Positions 1 to 9,895 of a stretch of 64,000 nucleotides of DNA are shown one piece after another. The stretch is from Schmidtea polychroa. Taxonomy: Eukaryota. The notes under the pieces are model-generated. The model ran no database searches. It saw only the letters and a list, made by a program, of their open reading frames with translations, and was not told the DNA's origin. The DNA is taken from contig CM097885.1 in assembly GCA_044892525.1 (NCBI GenBank), positions 45,014,001 through 45,078,000 of the forward strand, in the 5' to 3' direction. The translations under genes were made by a program, and so were the position numbers. Position 1 is the first letter of the stretch. Each line of letters starts with the position of its first letter.

Positions 1-593
1 TTTGAGGGAAAGGAATATAAAACATTTGTTTGTTTACCATTATTATAAGAACCTGTTATACAATCGCAATGAATATTTATTGTGTTTGTATTTATTATTT
101 TTATAATATGTTCTGATGTTATTATTTTATCTTCTTTTATTGTTATATCCATAGGTTTAAATCCTAAAACTGTGTGAAAGAAACAATTATCTAAAAAACT
201 AATTTTTATATTCTTCAAAGTCATTACACATTTTGAAGTTGGTATATCCATTTTAATTTTAATACCTTCATTTGTTTTTTTAGAAAGTATATCATTTAAA
301 TCTTTTATCTCATATGCCCCAGGTTCTATTGTTATAATTTCTGGTTTATGCCCATCACGAGTTTGAATAGTAAATTTATTATTATCTTTAGTTATATTAA
401 AAATAGTATTATAAGCACAAAACCATAATAGCCCCAATTCATAATTTAAATTTTGATCTAATTTAATTGAATCTTGAAAGTTTATAGTAAAGTCTGATTC
501 TTTTGAATTTATAGATAAAGTTCTTGAATATTTATCTGACATTATGTTTACCATTTTTTTTAAATTATCTTCCGGAGGGTTGTGAAGCTCCAT
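1..593 (-). CDS. Polinton minor capsid (penton-like) protein, 3' end outside window
   Basis: Hand-translated from ATG at 593 (or 554): MELHNPPEDNLKKMVNIMSDKYSRTLSINSKESDFTINFQDSIKLDQNLNYELGLLWFCAYNTIFNITKDNNKF...ITIEPGAYEIKDLNDIL...VLGF...INIHCDCITGSYNNGKQTNVLYSFP. The PGxY and IHCD..SY.NG..VLYSF patterns are typical of Polinton minor capsids. Absent from the ORF track because it is open at the edge. Confidence 0.8.
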   Translation of the reverse strand, partial: MELHNPPEDNLKKMVNIMSDKYSRTLSINSKESDFTINFQDSIKLDQNLNYELGLLWFCAYNTIFNITKDNNKFTIQTRDGHKPEIITIEPGAYEIKDLNDILSKKTNEGIKIKMDIPTSKCVMTLKNIKISFLDNCFFHTVLGFKPMDITIKEDKIITSEHIIKIINTNTINIHCDCITGSYNNGKQTNVLYSFPS

Positions 594-641
594 TTCTTTA
601 GTAGTAAATTCATATAGTAAAAATTCTTATAGTAAAAATCC

Positions 642-1109
642 TTATAGTAGAGATTCTAGATCATTATAAATTTCTTGAATTATAGATTCAAAATCCTGCG
701 TATGCCCCATATTCAATCTATACAAAACATATAAACTTAAAATACCACATATTTTAGTATTCAAAGGTTGAACTTGTAAAGAGTTAAAAGTATAACCATT
801 TGGGGAATCAATCGGAGAACCCCTCAAGAGATAATCTTCAACTTCTTTAGTAGGTTTAATCCCAAAAGAATCAAAGTAGATAGATTTCTTATATATACAA
901 ACCCAATGAGATCCTTTTTCATTTGAATTTTGATAATTGATTATTATATTCAGGGGACTCTCCAGACTTGATAATTCATCATTCATTAATATTTTAATTT
1001 TTAAATTTAAATAATTTGCATAATCTTTTAAATCAAAATTTGTTTTTGCATTTATTCCAAATGTTTTTAAAAAATCTAATATAGAGGGGTATTCGATTGA
1101 AGGAGTCAT
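642..1109 (-). CDS. Adenain-like cysteine protease (virion maturation protease)
   Basis: IIN...GSHWV (His), YFDSFG (Asp), QVQ...ICG (Gln/Cys) catalytic motif order. Confidence 0.9.
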   Translation of the reverse strand: MTPSIEYPSILDFLKTFGINAKTNFDLKDYANYLNLKIKILMNDELSSLESPLNIIINYQNSNEKGSHWVCIYKKSIYFDSFGIKPTKEVEDYLLRGSPIDSPNGYTFNSLQVQPLNTKICGILSLYVLYRLNMGHTQDFESIIQEIYNDLESLL

Positions 1110-1131
1110 TTTGTATTTTATAACTTCGTAT

Positions 1132-2001
1132 TTATAACTTCGTATACTTATTAAATTTATCTTTTGAAATTATTCCTTGTTTTAACAAATCTTTAGAAAT
1201 CTTTAAAATATCAGAATCTAAATTATTATGTCCTGCTTTCCTTGCAGCTAATAGTTTTCTTAATTCAATAAAAAGATTGATGGGATTTCCTTCACTAATT
1301 AATCCCTCTCCCTCTGTAACAACATAACCCTTTTCATTTTTATCTAAATAATTCTTTAAATCTTGAATATATTTTGCTTTAGAACTAGCTCTTATTAATC
1401 TTATTAAATTTAAATATTTTTTAATTTCTTCAAGATCATCTGAAGAATATCCACAAAGTAATTTATAAAAATCATCTGTAAATTCAAAGTCTAAATATTC
1501 ATTATTATAAACATTTTGTGAATGAATACGTGATTTATTTTCTGAATTTGAATATAAAGTAAAGTTTTGTTTATTAATTGTTATTATTTGATATCCTTCA
1601 GTATTAGTATTAAATGTGGGTCTAATTGAAGGAGGTAAATCATCTCTAATTTTAGGATCAACTTTAAGAGGTTTTGTTTTTAAAAACATTTCTTCTTCTT
1701 CTTCCGCATTAGAAATTCTTCTGCGTTTTCTTTGATTTCTTTCAGGATGACTTTCACTGGATTCTTCCTTCCACTCTAGTTTTTTTATTTTTTGTTCATG
1801 GGGACTTCCTCCATCTTCTAACTCTTTAAATTTTGCTTGCTCATTTAATCCTTTTATAGCTTTAATTGTTGGCCCCTGTTGTTGTGTTATTACCTCATTT
1901 AATATTATAGATTCAGCATGTTGACTTGTATCTTTTTTATTATATTTATCTTGTTCTGATTGTAATTTTTTTAAAAGTGCTAATCTTTCTTCATATACCA
2001 T
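1132..2001 (-). CDS. Conserved Polinton protein of unknown function (PZ-like)
   Basis: 289-aa ORF. C-terminus GEGL...NPINLFIELRKLLAARKAGHNN...ISKDLLKQGII resembles the recurring Polinton 'GxGL...P..L...L..L.A...AG.N' tail. Position within the virion module. Confidence 0.6.
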   Translation of the reverse strand: MVYEERLALLKKLQSEQDKYNKKDTSQHAESIILNEVITQQQGPTIKAIKGLNEQAKFKELEDGGSPHEQKIKKLEWKEESSESHPERNQRKRRRISNAEEEEEMFLKTKPLKVDPKIRDDLPPSIRPTFNTNTEGYQIITINKQNFTLYSNSENKSRIHSQNVYNNEYLDFEFTDDFYKLLCGYSSDDLEEIKKYLNLIRLIRASSKAKYIQDLKNYLDKNEKGYVVTEGEGLISEGNPINLFIELRKLLAARKAGHNNLDSDILKISKDLLKQGIISKDKFNKYTKL

Positions 2002-2023
2002 TTTTATGGTATTAAAAATGGTA

Positions 2024-2632
2024 TCATTTTGGTAAAGGATCCGTTGGAAAGGGCTTCAAGTATAAACCTTTGCCATTTTTAGTTTTACAAAGACATCCAT
2101 TCTTTAAAGATTTACATATTTTTTTTAAATCTTCTTTATCTTTTAAAGATAAAGATTCAGATGTAGAAATTTGATTTTTTAAAAAATCATTTAAACCTCT
2201 ACCTTTATAAGGATCAAGATAGAGACCTTTGCCCTGAGACTTTTGCCGACTCCCCTCATATGGATTAAGATAGAGACCCTTTCCAACGGACACTCCCCCT
2301 TTAGCTTGCCCTACCTTCTTCATTGAATCGATTTCAGTTTGTAGTTTTTCTTTTTCTAGGTCTGTCTTTTGAGATTCTTTAGCTTTTTGAACTGTAGTTG
2401 CAATTCCTCCAGCTATTCCAGCAGCACCTGATAAACCAGCAATGACTGCAGGTATTAAAGCAGCTAATGGAAGAATGCCACCTTCTTTAGCTTCGTGGAG
2501 CTTCGCTCTAACTTGTTCTTTTACATGTTTTCCAATAAAATATTTTTTACCATCAATTACTACTGATTTACTTTTATTTGAATTTATTAATTCTTGCAAA
2601 GATTCTTCAGTAGAGGAACTCTTCGAGGTCAT
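2024..2632 (-). CDS. Basic core protein, adenovirus pX/mu-like precursor
   Basis: GGILPLAALIPAVIAGLSGAAGIAGG resembles adenovirus pX GGFLPALIPIIAAAIGA. Three GKGLYL repeats; Lys-rich. Confidence 0.65.
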   Translation of the reverse strand: MTSKSSSTEESLQELINSNKSKSVVIDGKKYFIGKHVKEQVRAKLHEAKEGGILPLAALIPAVIAGLSGAAGIAGGIATTVQKAKESQKTDLEKEKLQTEIDSMKKVGQAKGGVSVGKGLYLNPYEGSRQKSQGKGLYLDPYKGRGLNDFLKNQISTSESLSLKDKEDLKKICKSLKNGCLCKTKNGKGLYLKPFPTDPLPK

Positions 2633-2647
2633 TTTATAATAAACAAA

Positions 2648-3469
2648 ATGGATGTACGAAGTCCAATAATTTGGAAACCAATTTTAAATAGACATAAGAG
2701 TAAATTTAATAATAAAGTATTTCCTGATAATTTTAGATTATTAATTGTTGGTTCTTCTGGATGTGGAAAGAATGTACTTGTTTTGAGAATGTTACTTGAA
2801 GGAAAGGGTCAGGACCATGATTTTTTAGATTATAATAATTTAATCTTTTATTCTACAACCATAAATCAACCAGAATTACAACTTTTGAAATGTGGATATG
2901 AAAATAAATTAACTAAAAAAGCAATAATTGATATTTTTAAAAATCAACATAGGTGTCCTGAAGAAGTTTTTCAACCTTGTGATATGGTTGATTGGTATAA
3001 GGAAAAGATTTTAGAATCAGATATTAGTAATAAAAATGATTATATTTGTGAAGAAGGGCAGGAGGCAATTCAAGTTTTATTCTCTAATAAACCTGAAGAT
3101 GTTTTACATTGTGATTTACTTCCTAAAGATAAAAAGAATCTAGTTATATTTGATGATGTTGTTAATATGAAAAATCAAGAGATTCAAAAGAGTTACTTTA
3201 CACGAGGTCGACATAATAATTGTAATGTTATTTATATATCTCAAACATATTATGCTTTAGATAAAAATTCAATAAGAAATAATTCCAATTGTTTTATATT
3301 TTTTAAATTAGATCGCCGTGATAAGAATATGATTTATAATGATTTATTTTCAAATGTTGAACCTGATAAGAATATGTTTGATATGTTTGTTGATAATCAT
3401 TGGAAAGAAAAATATAATTATATTTATTTGGATAGAGAAGAAGCTGAAATATGGAAAAGTTTGTTTTAG
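2648..3469 (+). CDS. A32/FtsK-like DNA packaging ATPase
   Basis: Walker A GSSGCGKN, Walker B LVIFDD, RGRHNN and ISQ...SIRNN motifs. Likely ATG start at 2648 rather than the TTG at 2594. Confidence 0.93.
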   Translation: MDVRSPIIWKPILNRHKSKFNNKVFPDNFRLLIVGSSGCGKNVLVLRMLLEGKGQDHDFLDYNNLIFYSTTINQPELQLLKCGYENKLTKKAIIDIFKNQHRCPEEVFQPCDMVDWYKEKILESDISNKNDYICEEGQEAIQVLFSNKPEDVLHCDLLPKDKKNLVIFDDVVNMKNQEIQKSYFTRGRHNNCNVIYISQTYYALDKNSIRNNSNCFIFFKLDRRDKNMIYNDLFSNVEPDKNMFDMFVDNHWKEKYNYIYLDREEAEIWKSLF

Positions 3470-3480
3470 GGCTTGTCGAC

Positions 3481-4923
3481 TTAAAAATCTGTTTTCTGTA
3501 GTTCATTATTATAAAATCTACCTAATATTTTTTCATTATTTAAATCAAAGATACTATATGTTATTGGAGTTGTATAATGTATTTTATTTATAATAAAAAT
3601 TTCATTTGTCCATTTTGCTGTGAATCCTTTTTCAAATTTATTTTTATATTTAAATATTCTTACTCGGTCACCAATTTTAAACTTTGGTTTTATAGGGGTT
3701 GTATCAACAATAACATCATTTTCAATATTTACCACTTTAATGGTTTCAGGATTTATGGAAGCATTTAAAGGTGTTGATTTTATAGAACTATGTACATCAT
3801 TATTATATTCATTTACAATCTTTTGTAACAATTCATTGTTCCATTTTTGTTTTCCAATAGCAGTAAAATATTTCCACATTTTATTTTTTAATGTTCTATT
3901 TAATCTTTCAACTACGACTGCTTTTCCTTCGTTTTCTGTTGAATATAATTTAATATCATTTTCATTTAAAAACTTTGTAAAAACTTTGTTATAAAATTCT
4001 GTTCCTTTATCACACCATAAATATTTTGGGATTCTTTGATTTTCTTCAAATATATTTTCAAATGCTTCTGTAATAGAATATCCTGTTTTATTTTCTAAAC
4101 ATCTTGCAAAGGCAAATCTTGTATATAAATCTATTACAGTTAAAATTATTTTATATTTTTCAGGGTCTGATGATTTGGTTGGCATAAAGACTAAATCTGC
4201 AGACCATGTTTGATCTTTTTCATGTACTTGAACTTTTAAATATTTTTTATTTTTTCTAAATTCATGGTGTAATTCCTTTGCATATTTTATTTCTGATTCT
4301 GTTGGGGTTTGTAAACTAGTCTTGGCTGTACTCTCGAGGGATCTTTCAATCTCTGCTTGTTCGATAATCTTTTTATAAGCAACATCTTTTGCTTTCCTAG
4401 GAAGTCTTGCACCCATGGTGATCGGACTGTGTCCTAAGCCTATGAAAATCTTACCTTTCATTGCTAATTTAACTAGAGCTCTTTGAATCTTTTCTTGGGT
4501 TGATGGATTTTGGATACTATTTAAATCATGTATTAAATTCACATCTGCAACATGTCTATCTCTAAGATTTGTTGAATTGTATGCAATGTCATGTTTTAAA
4601 ACTGCTTGATCAATTCTATTTATTGGTTCTTCTCCTTGTTTGGGATTATTATTTTCATCTAATCTAATATCTAATCTTGTTCCTGGTCCAGTATAGTTGT
4701 GTTTAAATAAATGTCTTTCACCTGGATATTTTTCTGTAGTAAAAGGTTTTAATATTGAAGATGTTGTTTTTGAAGATTGCAAATCGCCTCCAGCTCGTGG
4801 AATTAGGTCACCTACTGTAATATCAACTCTCGTATGTTTTTTAGTTTTAAGATGACTTGCTTTATGATGTCTTGTAACTTGACAATTACAAGTTTCACAT
4901 CTCCAATATTTATTTAAAGACAT
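3481..4923 (-). CDS. Retroviral-type (rve) integrase with N-terminal C2H2 zinc finger and parvovirus-like phospholipase A2 domain
   Basis: CETC...HLKTKKH zinc finger; NYTGPG...DQAVLKHDIAY...RHVAD PLA2 motif; DDE core WSADLV / WCDKGTEF / VERLNRT; C-terminal FKIGDRVRI...WT.EIF.I. Confidence 0.92.
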   Translation of the reverse strand: MSLNKYWRCETCNCQVTRHHKASHLKTKKHTRVDITVGDLIPRAGGDLQSSKTTSSILKPFTTEKYPGERHLFKHNYTGPGTRLDIRLDENNNPKQGEEPINRIDQAVLKHDIAYNSTNLRDRHVADVNLIHDLNSIQNPSTQEKIQRALVKLAMKGKIFIGLGHSPITMGARLPRKAKDVAYKKIIEQAEIERSLESTAKTSLQTPTESEIKYAKELHHEFRKNKKYLKVQVHEKDQTWSADLVFMPTKSSDPEKYKIILTVIDLYTRFAFARCLENKTGYSITEAFENIFEENQRIPKYLWCDKGTEFYNKVFTKFLNENDIKLYSTENEGKAVVVERLNRTLKNKMWKYFTAIGKQKWNNELLQKIVNEYNNDVHSSIKSTPLNASINPETIKVVNIENDVIVDTTPIKPKFKIGDRVRIFKYKNKFEKGFTAKWTNEIFIINKIHYTTPITYSIFDLNNEKILGRFYNNELQKTDF

Positions 4924-4952
4924 TTTAAAATGTTAAAATATCAGGGATTATA

Positions 4953-6245
4953 TCAAGAATCTCCCCTAACATTTTCGATTATTGAAATCTTTCCACCATA
5001 TAATTTCATTTCTATTTTCTTTTCTTCTAATATTAATGTATATACTTTAGCTTTAAAATTAGAATCCTTTGTTACATGAAGTGTAACATCAACATTATTT
5101 ATGGCTAGGCGATCATCTTGGTCTGAAACATTTATACAAAATATAGAATATAAATTTTTGAAATCTTCTAAACTTAATTGCGGTTCAACTTTGAAATCAT
5201 AACATGTTTCAATATAATTTAGATATGGGAATATGTTTTCATTATTTTCAATATTAAATTCCATTCTATTTATTGGATAATAAGAACTATTTAATTGAAT
5301 TTGGATTGTTTTTAAATTATCAACTCCAATCTTTTGAATAAACAAGTTGTTATTTTTTTGGAAAGATGAATCTACTTCTTTGAATCCAATCAAGATATAT
5401 CTTGGTCGGTATGCTAAATTTGCTACCTTTATAGAATATGTTGAACCCTCTGTCATACTAAATTCACTACAGATTCTATTTAAATAATTTACATTTATAG
5501 ACTTGTTGGAATTTAATCTTTCAAGGAGTTTAATCTCAGAATGTGGGTTTAATGTCCACTCAGGTATATGTAATTCAAGTGTTGATAATTTTAATTTAGC
5601 TTTTGTATCTACAGCTCCATAGAACAATCTTTTATCACCTTCTACTCTATTACAGATGAATTCTATAAAAACATTATGAAGTATACGATTATAGTTTTGA
5701 AGGAATCCAAACAAGTGTTTTAATTCAAAATAACCTTCAAATTTTTTAGATTTATAAAGTTCAGCTCTTTTATGGTAACCATGGTTTACATCTAAACCAT
5801 CTTTATCTAAATCCCCTTTATTAACATCAGGAATCCAACCTGTTAATTCACCATATTCGTTTTTATAATCACAACCAGTCAAAATAAAATTTAACATTGT
5901 AGAATATACTCCCGGATGCAAAACAGTTTCAATTTCTGATGATCCTAGTTTTAATCTCATGTTGGAGAATAAATTTGGAAAGAAATTATTTTCTAGGGTT
6001 ATATCTTTGTTTGCTTCAATTTCTAATTCGATTTTATAATATAATTTGGCATTACAAATATCTATAGGGTTTGATGTTTGAAGAGATTGAAAAACTATAT
6101 CACCCCTACGATTTAAGTTTGCAATAGATCCTGAAGTTGGGGAGATTTTTAAAATATCATTTTTTTTAATTTCATGAGTAAATTCTTTATTATAATCAAG
6201 ATTTAATTTATTTTTTTCTTGAATTTTAAGATTTATGTTATTCAT
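4953..6245 (-). CDS. Polinton major capsid protein (double jelly-roll)
   Basis: 430 aa; NNFFPNLFS.MRLKLG..EIE, LKHLFGF, RPRYILIGF and LNSSYYP patterns; gene context. Confidence 0.85.
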   Translation of the reverse strand: MNNINLKIQEKNKLNLDYNKEFTHEIKKNDILKISPTSGSIANLNRRGDIVFQSLQTSNPIDICNAKLYYKIELEIEANKDITLENNFFPNLFSNMRLKLGSSEIETVLHPGVYSTMLNFILTGCDYKNEYGELTGWIPDVNKGDLDKDGLDVNHGYHKRAELYKSKKFEGYFELKHLFGFLQNYNRILHNVFIEFICNRVEGDKRLFYGAVDTKAKLKLSTLELHIPEWTLNPHSEIKLLERLNSNKSINVNYLNRICSEFSMTEGSTYSIKVANLAYRPRYILIGFKEVDSSFQKNNNLFIQKIGVDNLKTIQIQLNSSYYPINRMEFNIENNENIFPYLNYIETCYDFKVEPQLSLEDFKNLYSIFCINVSDQDDRLAINNVDVTLHVTKDSNFKAKVYTLILEEKKIEMKLYGGKISIIENVRGDS

Positions 6246-6303
6246 TTTTATATATTAAAATTTACACACACACACAATAGGATTAATTAAATATATTATG
6301 TAA

Positions 6304-6385
6304 GCCATTATAGCGGAGTGGGAATAGGCTTCAATTTTATCACCGGGAGTACCGGGTTCAATTTTCGATTTTGGTCAATTTTTTT
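6304..6385 (+). ncRNA. tRNA-like Pol III cassette 1 (degenerate)
   Basis: A box TAGCGGAGTGG at 6311, degenerate B box GGTTCAATTTT at 6355, followed by a T-run. Confidence 0.5.
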
Positions 6386-6538
6386 CGATATTTTTTTTTC
6401 AACGGAATCTGATTCAGCGTACTGATTTTAGTATATATTTAAATTTTCAGATGGATCTGAGTGGTAGTTGTCGAGAAAATGAATAATTAATTATTAATTT
6501 CATCAATAAATAGTCACACATTAACAACTTATTTTATA

Positions 6539-6620
6539 TTGAGTATAGCTTAGTGGTAATAGCACTCGACTACATTGCCAATACCAATGGGTTCAAATCC
6601 CATTTCGGTCAATTTTTTTT
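6539..6620 (+). ncRNA. tRNA-like Pol III cassette 2
   Basis: A box TAGCTTAGTGG at 6546, B box GGTTCAAATCC at 6590. D stem GCT/AGC and perfect T stem ATGGG-TTCAAAT-CCCAT; anticodon arm does not pair; T8 run follows. Confidence 0.6.
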
Positions 6621-6777
6621 CAAATTTTTTTTTAAACAAAATATTGATCAGCATACTCGATTTAGTACTTTTACAAATTTTTAAGGTAATTGGTCAACGG
6701 CAACTCTTGGAAATTTAAGATCAAAAACGTTTTAACTTGAATCGATTATTTATAGTCTAAAAAATGACAAAAATTCA

Positions 6778-6862
6778 AACCTTGATGGCGCAGTGGGAAT
6801 AGACTGGCACAGTGGTTCAAATAGATAGCGGTTCAAATCACATCTGAGGTTAGTTTTTTTTT
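6778..6862 (+). ncRNA. tRNA-like Pol III cassette 3
   Basis: A box TGGCGCAGTGG at 6786, B box GGTTCAAATCA at 6830, acceptor-like pairing AACCTTG/TGAGGTT, followed by a T9 run. Confidence 0.55.
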
Positions 6863-7712
6863 CAACATAAAATAATATTAAAAATTTGAAAATAATATTG
6901 AAAATAGTGTGGGTATCTTATATTTATAAAGTACTTGTATATTTTATTTTATTTATTTTATTTTATTTTATTTTTTTATTAATTAATTATTTTTTAAACA
7001 TAAATATGAAAAAAAAAATATTGAAACGGGTGATGGTGGCGAACCGGTAATTATCGCCACCTGTCTTTCGAACACCCCCGGATCGATTCTTTAATGTGCA
7101 CATTTATTTCTCAGTTGTTTTCGGACCTCTTTCGGATTCGCTTTCGAATTCATTTGTACTTTCGAGCAGCACGCTTAAAACGCCGTTGAAATCGACTTCG
7201 TGAGCGAGAAGCGAATAATAAGACGTGCTGCTATTATCGGATTGATTCTGATGTATGAGTCTGGCCAGCTTGTATATTGGAAGAGATTTGATAAACGAAA
7301 GAGGTTGATAAATAAAAAAAAAAAAAATGATCCGGATCAAAAAAAACTGTTGAGGGGACAGTGAAAAAAAAAAATAAAAAAAAATACCACTGTCCCCTCA
7401 GAGCAGTTTTACTATTTTCATAAAATTTTTTATTTTTAAAACTTTCAAAACCTTAAGGTGATCAGGCGACCTAGATCATTTCAAAACCTTAAGGTGATCA
7501 GGCGACCTAGATCATTATGAATTAGGTAATCTGATATTCTTATAACATTAAATCCTTATAACATTAAATCCTTAAGACCAAGTAGTGAGGAATCTATGCA
7601 CCCCGTTACCTTTTCTCGGAATTACTAATCTATAAATACATCTATTCCGAACTTTTTTACTTTTAAGGGAAGAAATTAAGGGTTAATGGCAATAGGGGAC
7701 AAAGTTTAAAAG

Positions 7713-9655
7713 TTAAAAAAAGTGAAGAATATGGGGTAAAAAAGCATATAAATGTGGAAAATATGGGTCAATAGCGCTGTTTTTTTTTAGGGTGGGGGTG
7801 CTGGGGTGCATAGATTCCTCACTACTAATTTCTTTACTTTCTTGCCTTTCTATTACTGCAGAAATAATATTGTTATCAATGACGTTTACTCCATAGTCAA
7901 TTATATATTCATTATTCATCATTTCTACGCCGTTAAAATACAGTTTCACTTTATCATTATCTCCCAATTTCTCGGGCCAATTAGCTCTGGCCATCTGTTT
8001 CACTTTATTCACTTTTGTGCAAACATGTACCCCTGTACTACGCATAAGTATTCTCGAAAGGTCCTTTGCCTCAATAGTTATATTCAATGACTCATGTAAT
8101 TTCTGATTTTTTCTCACAAATTCACCATAACACTTTATCATTTCTTTCAATTCTATTTCTAGTTCAAATACTCTTGTCATATTTTGCCTCTTTACCATTA
8201 GTGGTATCAAATTTCTCAAATATTCTAAGTCAATTCCTTCGACTTGAACTCTATTTATTATACGCAATGTCTCATTGTCATCATAAGGCCATTTCTCTAA
8301 TGTCTCTTTCAATTCCTGTTTTAATTCTTTACATCTATTTGCTTCTGCAAGAAATTTCTCATCCGCTTCTCTTGCTTCGCGAAACTCATCATTATCTATA
8401 TCTACATCATTAGTAAAACACTGAAACTCATTTAATGACATTTCTAACTTTCTCTCAATAAGTCTCCCATATTTAGTTTTAAATTCTTTTAATTCCTCTC
8501 TCAAACTGTTTATTTCCTCATTAGCTGATATCAACTCAGCACTATTAATTTGTTTTATCTCAGGCTCATTTTTAAATCTCACTCTATTAGGCGATTCGCT
8601 TCGCGCATTGTTACATACTTTAGCTAAGTGACCATATTTTTGGCAATTATAACATTTGATCTGTCCATTAAAATTTACTTTATCTCTACCATCATTATTA
8701 TAAGGGCTTCCTCGCCTTTCTCTATATGAATTCTGTCTATATGGACTTGTCTGTCTACGTCTCAAATCATTTGTATTATCTCTATTATCATATCTATTAC
8801 TTCTATCATATTTATTATTTCTCAAATTATTTCTATTAAAATCGACTCGATTATCTCTTGTATAATTATTTCTATTATATTCATAACGATTGTCTCTATC
8901 GAAGGTATTTCTATTGTTTCTATTCTCAAAATTTCTATTTCTCACATTGTCAAACCTTCTCCTGTTTTCAGGCGATTGACTTCTATCTGGACTCGGGCTT
9001 ACCCTTCGTCTATTTTTTACAAAGTTCAAATATAGTTGTTTCATCTCCTCCCAGGGGATGTTGTCATCTGACTTACCCAACTCAGATTTTACCTCTATGG
9101 GTTTTTGAATTTCCATTGCATCTACATGTGAACTAAATCTATCTCGTTGTATTGCTTCTATACGCTTAGCTTTATGAACTAATTCGTTTAAATTACCATA
9201 TTCTACCATAATTAGTGCTTTATATAAATATTTTTGTATACCATTCCAAAACTGATCCTCAATTAATTTTGCTGTGTGCTCCCCTGCACCAAATGCTTTT
9301 TTCGCTAACTCCGTAATTGTATATACATATTCACCAACTGATTCTCTAGTACCCTGATATCTGTTTCTAAATTTTTGAACGTTTATCTTTTGTAAATCGC
9401 TATCGATTACTATTTCTGCTCTCAGATATCTTACGAGTTGCTCAAAATTATTTCCTTTACATTCTAAGTTATTGTATGCCTGTAACGCATAACCTTTTAA
9501 ATATAGTGGTATTCTCATTTTTAACTCATCAGGTGTCCACCCCAAGCTTCTGCATACTGAGCGATCTCAGTGAAAAAATCGTCGAACTTTTCAGGCTCTC
9601 CTCTATATGGTTCTACTGGTAAAATTTTTATGTAATTATTATTATTATTATTCAT
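7713..9655 (-). pseudogene. LTR retrotransposon Gag (Ty3/gypsy-like) with CCHC knuckle and possible ubiquitin-like C-terminal domain; 1-nt frameshift near 9546
   Basis: ATG at 9655 gives MNNNNNYIKILPVEPYRGEPEKFDDFFTEIAQYAEA, then a frameshift into LGWTPDELK...LKGYALQAY...QGTRESVGEY...QFWNGI (retrotransposon gag). Knuckle CYNCQKYGHLAKVC; R/N/D-rich linker. No pol follows. Confidence 0.85.
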
Positions 9656-9875
9656 CCTATAGACTATTCTATTTCTGAGATTATACACTATTTCGGGTTG
9701 ATTATCTATTTTATCTTTTCGAATTATTTAATAATTTTCAAAACTGAATTTATTTATTTAAAAATCGGTCAATGATATTGTTTTTTATAAATATATTTTC
9801 CCAATATAAAATACTATACCCTCTGATCTCAATTCCTATCCCCCAAATTGTGAATAACAATAATTGATTTTAAAG

Positions 9876-9893
9876 TCCCGGTTCGCGGCACCA
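9876..9893 (-). promoter_or_regulatory. Primer-binding site of the LTR retrotransposon
   Basis: Minus strand TGGTGCCGCGAACCGGGA, 2 nt after the LTR-terminal CA. Resembles the complement of a tRNA-Phe/His-type 3' end. Confidence 0.8.
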
Positions 9894-9895
9894 AA

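Larger units (their letters stand above)
1..6860. mobile_element. Polinton/Maverick (adintovirus-like) element, structural and integration gene module; runs off the left edge, right terminus not identified
   Basis: Tightly packed cluster of minor capsid, adenain-like protease, packaging ATPase, rve integrase and double-jelly-roll-type MCP ORFs, the canonical Polinton set minus polB. The ORFs are uninterrupted. Confidence 0.9.

Noticed and set aside
6304..6862. Functional tRNA genes
   Set aside because: Cloverleaves are incomplete (unpaired anticodon arm, weak acceptor stems); kept only as tRNA-like Pol III units.
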